Shown here: positions 14,060 through 26,410 of the stretch, in pieces
How the letters are laid out: every line of letters begins with the position of its first letter
Position numbering within the stretch: the first letter of the stretch is position 1
Origin: Pecten maximus
Lineage: Eukaryota
Length of the DNA: 64,000 nucleotides
Assembly (NCBI RefSeq): GCF_902652985.1
Contig: NC_047024.1
Coordinates: 25,048,001-25,112,000, forward strand
Direction: 5' to 3'
Made by a program: the position numbers and the translations under genes
Notes under the pieces: generated by a model
Told to the model about the DNA's origin: nothing
What the model saw: the letters and a program-made list of their open reading frames with translations, nothing else
Database searches by the model: none

Positions 14060-17000
14060 TCGTGTAAGATTTGAGTAATGACTGTCAGTGCCAGAGTTCT
14101 TGCTTGATGTAGTGCGGAGAAATGAAGCAGGAAGCGGGCAGTTGTTTTTCCGTCTTGTTAACATATTAAACGCTTCGGATCTATGCTATTTTGGTTGAAC
14201 GTACTGAGGTTTGATTGCAGGAGGTAAGTACCGGTAAGAATGTTATAAAGCTTAACTGAGATCCTGGCAGGTCCACGTGGGTTTGGATGTTCGGAATACA
14301 ACAAAGGATGTATCTTCTCTGTGGTGAACATTTCGTGATCCAGGTGAAGTAGAGACGAGTAAAGTTTTGCGATAATTACAATTCTTGCTTTCCAGTGGAT
14401 GTTTACGTGTTTATGAACGTCACGTTTCCATGACTCCTTTGTAGGTATATGTTCTGACATCAATAAGTCAATCTCACAGATTGTATTGAACCAACTGTTG
14501 TTGCCTGAGGTTTAAGTACATTGTTGATGGATAGCAATCTGTTTCTCGAGTGAATTGTTTTCTTTTCGGGACTATGAGTTGAAGACCGTTGAGTAACACG
14601 GGTAAAAATACATTAGTAGTAGGTTACGGGGTCAATTCCATTTCCCCCTTGAAGCCCTGAGCCCATTATGGAGCAGAGAGTTCGTCGTGCTTTTCTTATG
14701 CTATCGTTAGCTACGTTGGCAGATTGACCCATTGTGACACCGTCGAGCGTCCAACTTTTTTTCGATATAGCCGTATAATATTCTTTTGGTCCCGGATATG
14801 ATGCGACAGGTGGCGTTACTGGTCAAGATGAAGTATGTGATTGGTCAATGTAGCGGTAAATGCAAAATGCAAAGATATGCAGTTAAAAACGAATACATGC
14901 TGAATATGTGGATGTATCTTTTCAAATGACACATTGATAAAATTATATTACTGATTCAAATGCAGTCTTATTATCTCCAAAAATGATTCAAACTGATATA
15001 ATTTTGTTATTAGTTCGTTGATTTATTTCACCAGCAGTTTTACATTATAACCACCAACATTAAAACTATGCCGTTTATCTTTTTTTAAAGATATTTCTTG
15101 TTTTCTTTTCCCTTTCGGTAGCGGATTTATATTTAGCATAATTTGAAGCAGGCACAGAGAGTACTACACATTTTGCCGGTTGTAGCAAATATCTCTTGGA
15201 TTTACTATAATCAACTGTGGTTTAAGGAGTTGTTGTATTTTGTCGGCTTTATTGCTTAAAAGCGAGACGTCATCAGCGCAGGGCGTAGCAGAGCAGCTGA
15301 TGTGATCAATTATTCTCCCATTTTCGTTGTCTTGTAGTCTATCTAACAGTCGATTAATGAAAACTTTGTAGATATCTGCACTTAATACTCTTCCCTGACG
15401 GACTCCTTGCACGATAGGAAATGTGTTTGACGTTGCGTTGTCCTATTTTATAGTGCTGGCTACACCTGCGTGTAGATTGTTTCGGTGAAGCCACTTAAAA
15501 TGTATCTATGCCGAGCAGAAATAAAAGTTTGTGAGCAAACAAGTTTTTGCCGATGCTGCACACATTTTCATTTTAAATCTGAGCCAGGCCATGTTTAGGT
15601 GTATATACATAAATTTGGCAAGCACCGCCCATTTCCATATAAGGAAATTTACATCCGGGTCATATACGAGAGGTCAAATGTCATTGGTCAGTAGGATAAA
15701 TTTTGGCCCCTGCTCAGCCTCCGGGTACCCCATAGCTTACCCATTCTTGAAAAAACGACGCCATATTAGATTAGGAAAAAACAGACATTAGGAAAAACAA
15801 AAAATTTATACCAATCTTGGACAATATCTTTTGAAAAAGATTCATCAGAAGTGAAAGTGAAAGTCAATAGAACTTTAGCACGTGCATCAGCATCAAGAAA
15901 GTACAAAATCCCATACCCTTCCCACCCTGTAAGTGAAGGACATTTGATCTACATATCTTTGTTGTTGTATTTTGTTTTAATTAGTAATTAAATATTTCTG
16001 TATTGATACCATTGTGAACTTTATGTACTTTTAGTTTATGGATCAGTCCAAGGTTTTCCAGAGTTTTTTTTTTTTTAATGTATACATTATGCATTATTAA
16101 AATTTTTATCTCTGGTTTTTAGCCCAGGACTGGGTCTTTATTTAATGCTGAATTTGGGCCGCTCACCTTTGCGGTTTACATATATTTACATTCCTTTATC
16201 TAATCTGGAATTATAAAAGAATTCATTATCATGCAAAATAAACTACAAAGGCCACTTTAACAAGAAAGTGTGCCATTTTCCGCCATATATATTTGTGTTT
16301 GAGTTTTTAATTCCATGCGCAAACAGAGCTTCACAGCATTGAGGTGGATTAGGCCAGTGGTTTTTTAAACGAACACTAATGTTTGTTAATTATTTCTTAT
16401 CACAATGCAGGGAAGGCAAAAATAGTTTTCGCATCAGTAGTTCATATGAAATCCGATTTGACATCTAGGAAGGCTATGTATACCGGCTGTTTAAGATCTT
16501 TACTTAAATCCTCAACAAACAAGACGCTGAGAAGAGGTGTGGTGTCCTTCGTAAATCCTCTTTATAAGTTATTTTGTATATTATATATGAATGGTAAAAG
16601 ACGTCGTTTGAGGAGAGCTTCGATAACTTTCAGTATCACCGGTGTCTCAGTAATTCCTCTATAGTTTTTCGTGTTGGTTTTGTAGCCCTTTTTTAAAGAT
16701 CGGAGTTGGTGTACCAATCTTGAGTTTGTCGGGAATGCATCCTTTCGTTTACAAAGTTGTTGTGTGAAGTGATTCCCAGTATAAGTGGGATGTTCCGCAG
16801 TGAGTCCGTACAAGTCTGGAGATTTCCCTTTGGTTAAGTTGTTTAGTGCCTTGGTGGAACACCAAATGCCTTGTATATTGAGAGATGATGACGTTGGTGA
16901 TTTTACGTTAGTGTTGAACTAATCGATGGAGCATTGTTCTAGCTCCAATGATGTCTTGGGAGATGTTTATTCCACCGAATTGTTATTTTGTTTTTTGTTT

Positions 17001-17560
17001 TGTTTTTGTTCGGATTGCACGTGTTATCTCGACCACAGTGTGTTACGTCTGCTCCATCACTATGGTGGAGGTTGGCACTGTGCATGAAACAGTCTATCGA
17101 TAAGGAGTCTTTGCCGCGTGTATAAAGATTTTTTCTACGTTTTTGCATGATAAGATATGTACAAGGATGAACTTCATGAGTTCTTAAGCCCGAGCGTTTG
17201 TATTTTCAGAGTTTTCATTAAAATCATCCCAGCCAGCATTTCCCTACAGGGTATGTATACAGGGAATATAGCATATAGCGATCGGTCAATTGTTTCACTT
17301 CTATACCTTGAATATCGGTTACCTCCTTCTGTTAGCTGTGTACAACAGTGGTCGATTGATTCCAACGGCTCCGTAACATCTAGCAATTTGTTGGGGTAAC
17401 ATTAGTGAGTCAACCGCTTTTCCGGCTCCACCGGATTCACTGTTCATGCAATTCGGTTTCTGTAATTATAATATGGCCTCAAAATGTACTCGGAAGAACA
17501 GGTATTTGTCTCTGTTATTAAAGTATTGCTCCAAAATGAGAAAAGAAAATCACGTATTTG
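14060..17560 (-). mobile_element. Degenerate LINE ORF2 (APE endonuclease + RT; RTE-X/Proto2-like), with internal insertions
   Basis: APE-like GKAVD..PQQIARCYGAV, TEGGNR, VYIPCR and GDDFN (17560-17100). GKSPDLYGLTAEH and NYRGITETPVILKVIE (16850-16560). QGVRQGRVLSADIYKVFIN...CADDV (15412-15164). C-terminal LTGTYLLQSN..FNQN (14463-14158). Confidence 0.85.
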
Positions 17561-17639
17561 CCTCTAACTACTGACAATTAAATAGCCAATGTTCTTGGAT
17601 TAGAATAATACATACATGTAAATAAACCTGTAAAACCTA

Positions 17640-20143
17640 CATCTTGCTTTTCCACCTTGCCTGTATGTGTTGTGTCTTTCACAGGAAGTATGTGAATGAA
17701 AAATCTTAAGATATAGTTCTTTCACTTCAAAAGGTTGCTGCTTTACCAATTGTCAACAAGATACTCTCAAGCGTTACGGATAGAAGACAATGACCTCTAA
17801 ATTAGTTTTGAGTTTCCTATTTTGTACATTTTCGCTCATATCATCGTTTAGATCATCGTCATTAGATAGCCCTTTATACCTGCATGCCAAAGGTCAAATA
17901 TCATATATCGTGGCCAATTCAATTACTCCAATCAAATCGCAATGAATCTTTTATAACGATTACATACTGGAGACTTTGCTTAACTTAAATTCTTACAGTA
18001 ATAAAGCTTGATGGGATATGATTATAATCTGAAGTAATGTTGACAGATTTAATGATACCGCCAAATATGAGATATAAGGGTTCGGCGGTATATATACTGA
18101 CAGTATATAGATTGGCTCACCTTTCCTTCAAATATGTCTTTCAAGTAATCGTCATTTTCTGTAACAAGGTGCCAAACCTGTTGTTCATTTAAGTCCTTTA
18201 CATTTCTGAAGAACAAGAAACATGATTCAGACAATAGAGGCAGGGGACGTAATGGCATACCTTGTGGATGCCACTGGATGGACAACCGTTTTTTCATGTA
18301 ATGCAAACTTATCTGTTCACGTGAGTATGTATCCATAAATATATCAAAAGCAATTGTTTATAACGGAAACGTAACAATTTTGGAAGCAACAGTAAATTTT
18401 TGTTAATAAGAGCAGATAACTCTGCTTTATAAAAAGATGTCAAAAAAGGAGACAAATGTTATACATGTATACATTTGACGTCATTTACAATTCTTTATAT
18501 ATGAGCTCATTGATTACAGCATTTAATTACTGTGTGCTCTTTGACCCCTCGACAACAATTAGTGATTAGGCAACTAATATAATACTCACTTATTGTGTCT
18601 AATTTCCATTTGGATGTCTGAACCAAGACATGTCGATTCTTCATAAATTTGCATCTGTTGATCGTTGCCTGGCTGTAATTCCGGTGACTGTTGTTTGTGT
18701 CTGAAATAATGAGGTAGTCTGTTTAAAATTACGCACGTTTCGACATGTCATTAACGATGGAAAAGTATCAACAAGTGGATATGTGGAAGACGTTTTTATA
18801 TCAGAACTTACTCTAATCATATATGGTTGCTATTTCGCTATAACTCCAAATTAATGTCCTATTTTATTATCTTTTAGGACATAATCCTGTCAGAAGATGC
18901 CTTCCTAAGTAAAATCCCTTATAGGACAAGTTATCTCTCTTTCTACCTAATCGTCTTTCTACCTAATCGTAAGTATATGTTACAAATGTAACACTAGGTT
19001 AGGTAGAAATGCTTGCGTTTAGTGTAACGCCCCCTTAAGACAGTAAGCGTTATTACTATTTACACCTAACCGTAAGTTTATGTTGCAAATGTAACACTAA
19101 GTTACACAGGTAGAAATGCTTGCGTTTAGAGTAACGTCCCCTTAATAGAGTAAGTTTATGTCACAGACGTAACACTCGGTTGCATAAGTAAAACTGTCTG
19201 CTTTTAAAGTAAAGTCCTTTTTAGAGTTCCTTACAATTACTTTTTGTTCAATCTGTTCAATTAAGTAAATAGAAAGAAACCAATTATGCGACACCTATAA
19301 CATATGACATAAATAACATTAATCTGAATGGGTATAAAGGAGATTAACTCTTACAATATAACAAGAGTCGATATGATAAATAGATAGATCGCTACATATT
19401 TGGAATCATTTACAATTACCTTTTCTTCAACAGCTAAATCCTTGACATCATCATCACTATTATCGGTTCTTGATACCGCCCTCCTCTGAAACAGGAAACA
19501 GGAAGAAACTAATTACTTATCAAATTAAAAAAAATAGCAATAATATCATTCTAACTTCTAATGTAATTATTCATACGTCGTCGACATGCAATTTCCTGGA
19601 ACATTGGTATTAACGAATGAAATCATGTCGAACATTATGGGACACCTTTAACATGAGAGTGTGGAAAGATGTAAAGGAAAACGATTCTAATCACAAGCAA
19701 ATTCATCGACGGTCAATTTATATGCCTAATATATGGTCACTATATATGACTTTGATAACATGAATCTGGTGGGCTGTAAAGAATACATATAACCGTATAA
19801 AGGGATTCTAACCACTAGCCTGGAATTTTAGGACCTCTTTAGAATAATTACCTCTACCACTATAGCGTTTAATTTGCCAGTGTTTGTGATGTTGTGAACA
19901 GTCACCAGGTGTCGTCTAATATTCTGCACTCGTCGGAAGCATTCCTTGATTGGGCGATCCTTTGCAAAGTTTCACTTTGTAATCTCTTGGTTATTTCAAA
20001 CTCTCCCAGCGAGTGTTGTTCTCCGAGATGGCGTGGAAGATGGACAACATTAATCAGACAGAACGGACATTTCCGTTTTTTCTTACCATTGTCCTTTTGT
20101 CTCCGATCGACTGATCTTGGTCGTCTGGTCAGTGGCAGTTTAG
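17640..20143 (-). pseudogene. Decayed multi-exon gene with two C2H2-like zinc fingers (unidentified)
   Basis: AG/GT-bounded exons at 20143-19852 (CPFCLINVVHLPRHLGEQH, then after a frameshift PIKECFRRVQNIRRHLVTVH), 19485-19420, 18700-18590 and 18205-18121 (NVKDLNEQQVWHLVTENDDYLKDIFEGK), plus a stop-containing remnant at about 17880-17640. Two junctions are phase-compatible. Confidence 0.55.
18950..19230. repeat. Short degenerate tandem duplication (2-3 copies of a TGTAACACTA..GGTAGAAATGCTTGCGTTTAG unit)
   Basis: GGTAGAAATGCTTGCGTTTAG occurs at about 19002 and about 19109. Confidence 0.6.
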
Positions 20144-20699
20144 CTTATAAAACAAGACATATTGTATCTTTCTTAGAATCAATTACAACTCGAAAGACCG
20201 ATAAAAACAGTCGTTAGTTTCATATCTGAATACAGATTATCTTTTTTAAACAAAGGTGATCACTACATTTTCCCAGCCCAATTAAAATTTAAAAAATCAT
20301 TCATATTTTAGTTGTTTTTGGATTTATGATAATGGCGCCTAATTTTGTATTTTATCGTATTTAATGCCGGGTACATATTTTCACCATATGTGAACCAGTA
20401 TTTTTTAATAATATTGTAATATATTCAACAATTCAGTAAGCTACTTAACATTTCTGTCTCGTGTCATATTAATGATGTAATGATTGATTTAGTCAAAGTA
20501 GTAATGTTACCTAATATTCCTGAACACATCCCTGGTTTCTTTGGTTTCTTCATTTTCGTCATTGGAACCGAAAACAAACATATATTGTTTCAAATAATAT
20601 TGATATCAGTTAATAATTGGTCATTGTATGTGAGAAGATATATATTTATACAGATGGTTATTTGGAAGATTTTAATTTTGAGGATTCGAGAAATGATTT

Positions 20700-20960
20700 T
20701 CAGAGTTGTAATTTGAAGTATCTGTATCTTACGATATGATGACACGCCTTTCTAGAATTCTGGTGGATTTTCTTTCAATTCGCTGTTTCTGGATTCTAGA
20801 TTTTCTATATAACTTTTCATGTTTACAATTTCTTAATTCACGATGTTTCAATTCATCTTTCCACTTTTTAAGTGATATTTCTTTTTGTCTGAAGTTTTTT
20901 TTTAATTTCAGCTGTTGATCTGTTTACTTATTTTCCACAGAGTTTGTTTCTTGTACTCTT
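20700..20960 (-). other. Frameshifted coiled-coil coding remnant (LINE ORF1-like or an upstream exon of the decayed gene)
   Basis: FRQKEISLKKWKDELKHRE..., MKSYIENLESRNSELK and STRILERRV in shifting frames. Confidence 0.4.
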
Positions 20961-21124
20961 TTGCTGTTTTTGGAATAGTTGTTATTAGCTCCTTTTATTT
21001 TCAGTTGAATGACGAGAGTTGGTTGTAAGAAGAACATCGCCTATTTTCTCGGTTGTTGTGCAAGGGTTGACGACATTGACAGTGAGCAAAGTACCTAATG
21101 ATATAATTTCGCTGTTGTTAGGCA

Positions 21125-21275
21125 AGTGCCCTTCAGGGAGTAGGGAGTGTTACAAATACTATATATATATAGGGATACTTTTAAAGTATTGTTTGGGATA
21201 TACAAGTCTGATTTGACACCGGGACCTCAGAATTCTAGACGGACGCTCTAACCATATGAGCTATACCTGGACCCC
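21125..21275 (-). mobile_element. tRNA-derived SINE-like remnant
   Basis: The reverse strand has an A-box-like TAGCTCATATGGTTAGAGCG followed by a degenerate T-arm. Confidence 0.45.
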
Positions 21276-22634
21276 GAGACCTCATATAGCACCAACCATA
21301 TTTGAACCAAGGGTCAAACAAAGTCGTATTAGTTAAACTGTTGACATAAGTTAAGCCGTAAAAATCTGCCACTAATTTTGTTATACATTGAATGTCGACA
21401 ACCAGAGGATTATTAACTTAACACGCTACATAAAAAGGATAGGCTCTATGTTCGAATCACATTTATAATTGATTTAATTAGCAGGCTTTAAACCTAGGGT
21501 TTACACGGTACAAACTAAATCCAAGTATATATCTTACTTGTAGAGAAGTTAAGTAATATTCATAGGTTTTTTGACATGTCATGCAGATAAATGAATAATT
21601 ATAGTTGTGTTACCCATATCCACTTAACAATGCGTGAAGGTCAATTTTAATAGCAGTTATGTCTGCTTGTTGATCGCTCAGTGTACAGAAAAATCAGCAA
21701 CAAACTAGACGATATACGTACATAAACGAGACAAAACTCGTACGAACAAGACAAAAGTCGCATGACCGGAATAAAAAGTCGTATAAACGAGAAAAAATTC
21801 GGACAAACGAGACAAAAACTTGCATGAACGAGAGCAAAAAAATATATCGTTCACAGTACAAGTAAAATATTTAGATCATTTTGCTGTCTTTCTTTATAAA
21901 TTTTACAGAGAAACCTACTTGTAATATAATTTTAATAAGAAATCTTAATTACATCGAGGCTCGGTTACCGATCATATAGATCTACATACAATGCATCCTT
22001 ACATAAATTCCTATAGAAAGAACTTGACATTTTCAAAAAGATCATCGAAAAGGACCACTGGTTTAGAATTGCATTTTCTTTTGAATTCATTAGTGAAAAT
22101 TTACTATACACCTGTACATATAGATTGTTTAGCCCTATCTGAATTTTCAAACTTGTCTCTCAGTGTTTTTTCACACTTACGCCTACCCCGCCCCCTTCCC
22201 CAGCATTACTAAAGAGTCATAGATGGACGAAACAGCTGTTTGATGCAGTTTTCTATTCACTACATGTATATAGTATTTCCTGTGTACATACATGCGGTTT
22301 TTTTTAATATAAAAAATGTATGTGTACATATGTTTTTAGTAAATGTACTTTTCACTGGTTTGTATGTCTGTTGTACAATCCCGGTAAATGTGAAGATGCT
22401 ATATATAACCAGTTATAATAATACTTCTCGGACTTTCACAGGCATACACATATCTTGCACTTGATATTGAAAACGTCCTTGTTTAACACTTACTAGTTTT
22501 ATTTTCATTCACAAAACGTTTTTCATTTTTCAGATTCTTAGATCTACTGATTCCAAGTAGTACAAGTAGGGCATGTTTTATCAATATTTTGTTAAGTGAA
22601 TTAATCAATGATTAATCAAATTACAAAAAGCACT

Positions 22635-22710
22635 GCCCCCGCTGGGGTTCGAACCCAGGACCTCTAGTTTACTAGTCTTACGCTCATCTGATGGAGCTAA
22701 AGAGAAGTTC
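22635..22710 (-). pseudogene. tRNA-Thr(AGT)-like pseudogene or SINE head
   Basis: Reverse complement TAGCTCCATCAGATGAGCGTAAGACTAGTAAACTAGAGGTCCTGGGTTCGAACCCCAGCGGGGG has A/B boxes and an AGT anticodon loop, but the acceptor stem does not pair. Confidence 0.6.
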
Positions 22711-23144
22711 TCCTTACAGGAAAAGTTAATTTTGTATATTGCACTAGTATTTACCAGTGTTACATCTTAAGAAAAATAATTTCAACTCGTCTGAAACTAT
22801 ATAAAAAAATAACAATTCTATATTTCATTGTACGTGTATACGGACAAAGACAAAAGGTGATAGTGAAAACCAGCCAACTCTTATAACATACAACTTATAT
22901 AAGTTTCAAAACGGATATATCTGATAAATAGGAATACAATGGTTTCCTTTCCCATATATATATGCTACTTAACGGAAGTCACGTATCGGATTATTAATCA
23001 CCCAGAGGAAATCATTGATATTTCCCTTGGATATACACTGTATATACATTTTAAATTTACATTTCATCACAAGAAGATCTTGGTGTAGACATGTAACGAT
23101 TTTCAAAAGAAAACTGACTGCACCGGCATAACAACAACGAAGAT

Positions 23145-24453
23145 ATGAATACCAGTTCCTTAGCCGTGGGCTCAGATGAGTTCCTTATGGAAGCAGAGGA
23201 GAAAGCCTACTTGGAAAACTTCATACCTTTCACTATTCATGATGGCGTTTATCTTCGTCGTTGGGACGATAGGAAATGTGACGGTTTTGGTTATCTACTT
23301 CATCAGATATAAACCGTCGACATACCGGATTTGTATTCTGACTCTTGCTGCAATCGACTTATCCAGTTGTACCATAGACGTACCAGCCTATATTGCTGAG
23401 GAGAGATTTCGTTACACGTATCGCCATGGCGTACCGTGCATTTTGTTTGAAACGTTCCACTTCTACATTCTAAGCTTCTCCTATATGATGTTGAGTTTCA
23501 TTGCGATAGAGAGATATCGCCGGTCGTGCAAACCCTTTGCACACCAGATCACTCTGAACGAATCAAAAATAATTTGCCTAGTCCTTGGGATTTCGTGTGT
23601 TTTCATTTCCTCGCCCGGTATTTGGATACATGGAATCGTCCTTGTTCAAGTCGAGGGTGCAAATGTTACTGGTTACCAGTGCGACGTGATCGACAAATCC
23701 TCCACGCTCACAAAGGGATACTATGTTTTATGCTTGCTTCTTCTTTTAGTTTCGTTGGTCATCTGTGGGACTATTTATACACTTGTTGGTCGAGAACTGA
23801 TGAAAAGAAGAAACGAACTGAAAAAGCATTCTCCAAAATCAGCCGTTATTCCATCTGTGGCAAATGAAACTACCGGGGACACCACTACTGCTTCAAAGAC
23901 TCAATGTACGCCTGAAGAACAGGTTAATGAAGAAACGTCCTCGCATGAAGTTGTGGACATCGAGTCAGACCAATTAGACAAAAGTGAAACTACTTCAGTT
24001 GATCACAACAATAAGATAACGAGCACCGAAGACACGTCACACATCATACTAGCCAATCAGAAGCACAAACCTAAGGGAATTATCATGAAGAAGCATAAAA
24101 ATAAAAAGAAGAAAACTATGAAGTTAAAAATGGCGGACGATTTGAGAAGGAAACGATACAACAAAAGCGTCAGAATAACTCTGATGTTTCTTGTAGCGTC
24201 GATTCTGTCTTGTTTGTCCGCATTTCCTTTGCTTCTGCTCCAGACGATTGAGGGTATCAGTTCGTCGGCTATGAATTACATGGAAGAGAATATTTTGTGG
24301 TTATCAGTCATGTTGGCAAGATGTCAGCTTTTGAATCATATATTTAATCCGTTTGTGTACTGTTTCATGGATGAGAAATTCCGTAGCGAGTGTATCCTGC
24401 TTTGCAAACGTTTTAAAATGAAAATTTCGGAAAAGTGTTGCGGAGGAGTTTGA
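23145..24453 (+). CDS. Single-exon rhodopsin-family (class A) GPCR, peptide-receptor-like orphan. Main ORF 23176-24453; probable true start 23145 with a 1-nt frameshift near 23228-23230
   Basis: Seven hydrophobic segments. TM1 GTIGN, TM2 LAAID, TM3 IAIERY, ECL2 Cys, long acidic/basic ICL3, TM6 SAFP, TM7 NPFVY and helix 8 DEKFR. Confidence 0.92.
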
Positions 24454-24786
24454 AAACTCGGTACAGTAAAATTATAGATATACATGTACTAGACATATAT
24501 ATTTAATTATTTCTAAATTATGATATAACATTAAATATGTCAGAAATATTTAATTCACCAAGTAATCATATAAACAAAGTTTCGATGCCAAACATTTGAA
24601 AGGGCTAATTGTGCGTTATCCTCTAGTTGGCAATTTATCCTAAAATAGCCGTCCATACGATTACCATAAAACTATAAATGCATGTGGTCTGGCACCGTTG
24701 CAATAGAAGTGTTTGTCAAATTGCAGCTCAAAGATTCTCATTGATATATTTTTTGAGTGGAACGTTTAGAAACTATCTGCTTATAC

Positions 24787-24921
24787 CACAGGCATCTGCT
24801 TCTGGTAAGCATTGATAGATGGAAATATTAGCCCCTACTATAAGTAAGGGGTTAATATCAACAGTAGGAGTAGAGGCTAATATTTTTTTCTATTAATACT
24901 AGCCAGAAACAGACGCCTGTG
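24787..24921. mobile_element. Palindromic MITE (about 135 bp); second copy at 61536-61673
   Basis: TIRs CACAGGCATCTGCTTCTGG / CCAGAAACAGACGCCTGTG, with inner TAGCCC.TACT / AGTAG.GGCTA arms. Confidence 0.8.
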
Positions 24922-25623
24922 CGTTTACTTTAACAATAGATCAATATAGGGTAGGGTTATGTGTAGACATGATAAATGCACGTTGCAACAGTCTAATGCC
25001 ATTTTCGATGAAGCATATTTGACGATGTTATTTGAGTCGGCTCCAAGACGAACATGTGCGATTTTTTTTTAATCCTTTTGACGTGCGTAAGGACTTAGAG
25101 AAAGTGGTAGGCCGATTTGAATTAAACTCTGCATCTAACATTTTCTTATCCAGTCTTCCGTTACATGCCATAATAAATGCTCTAACATAGAAATTGACAT
25201 GTCCATACAACGGTACAAGCTCACGGCAAAATCTGACTGAAAGCATCACGTCAATTTTAAAGTGATTATGGTGTGTATCTTGCTGTGATTTCGACACGAT
25301 CGAATTAGTATATTTTATTTTGTATATTTCTATTTCTATTAGTTAACCCCCGTTAAAAGTTTGCCAATGCAAAGATATCTGGAGAAACAATGTACCTCGA
25401 AGGATATGAAGAGAAGTTTAAAAAAATGTTTCACCAGTAAGACAGTGTAAAGGAAATAAGCGACATGATTTTTCAACTGAATAAAACTATATCGAAATAT
25501 TCTGTTTACCATGCTGAATTATTGAATACAATTGTTTCAACTAAATAAAGAATTTGTTGTTGAATTAATATTAATCATTTCTCAAATTTATTTTTAAAAA
25601 CTGAAAAGTAATTTGTTTTCTGA

Positions 25624-25654
<31 letters not shown>
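25624..25654. repeat. (CAT)n microsatellite
   Basis: About 10 CAT units. Confidence 0.9.
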
Positions 25655-25988
25655 GACCCCTAGTACCAAAAACACAAATGAACCATATCCTAAAACAAAG
25701 TTTAAGGAAATGTCTAAGGTTGCTATGGATACAAAACAGCTTTCAATTTTATGACTAAATCACTGTTGAGTTGCTGGAAAGATAGATATACGTAGTACTT
25801 GCATCCATTTGAAACTGTTACCGAAGTCACCTGGAATGAATGAAACGTGTCACCAACAAATGAGAAGCAAAGCAGAACTGCGGCAACCTGATGGCGATAT
25901 AGACTTGTCTAGGGATCGGTTCCCCGTAAAAACAATGAGTATTCCTTTAGAATATGCCATGGTATTTTTGTGACTTACATTTACTAGG

Positions 25989-26368
25989 ACAAGAGGCCCA
26001 GGGGCTTTAACTGTTACCTGAGCTCTGATGTGTACATTGATAGATGATACTTTGCTTCGAAAGAAGGTCAAGGTCATTTATTTGAACAAACCTAGCATGG
26101 TACTTGCTTAATATCATGACCCTGTGCTTCTTAATTATTGAAAAGAAGTTGTTTAAAGATTTAAACACATTGGACACCTGTGACCTTGAAAGATCAAGGT
26201 CATTCATTTGCACAAACTATGTACGTGTAGCCCTTCATTCCAGCATGCTACCGGCCCAATATCATTATCATTGGCCTTCTGATTATTGAGAAATTATTAA
26301 TGGACAGATGACGGACAAAAGGCGATTGCAATAGGTATCTGGAGACTTTGACTGAGGTAACATAAAAA
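25989..26368 (+). mobile_element. Short degenerate Helentron-associated non-autonomous element (HINE/DINE-1-like)
   Basis: 5' ACAAGAGGCCCA..TTAAC.GT.ACCTGAG head, GAAGGTCAAGGTCATT core, GGACAGATGACGGAC microsatellite and a 3' hairpin followed by TAAAAA. Confidence 0.65.
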
Positions 26369-26410
26369 TAGATACAATGTATCTAAAAACTCTTGTTCTT
26401 GCTGATGAAG

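Noticed and set aside
22635-22710. Functional tRNA-Thr gene
   Set aside because: The acceptor and D stems do not pair, so it is treated as a pseudogene or SINE head.
25028-25297. 89-aa minus-strand ORF
   Set aside because: No recognisable motif, splice context or compositional support.
25719-25732. Canonical RFX X-box GTTGCTATGGATAC
   Set aside because: Far from any supported TSS and in repeat-like intergenic sequence.
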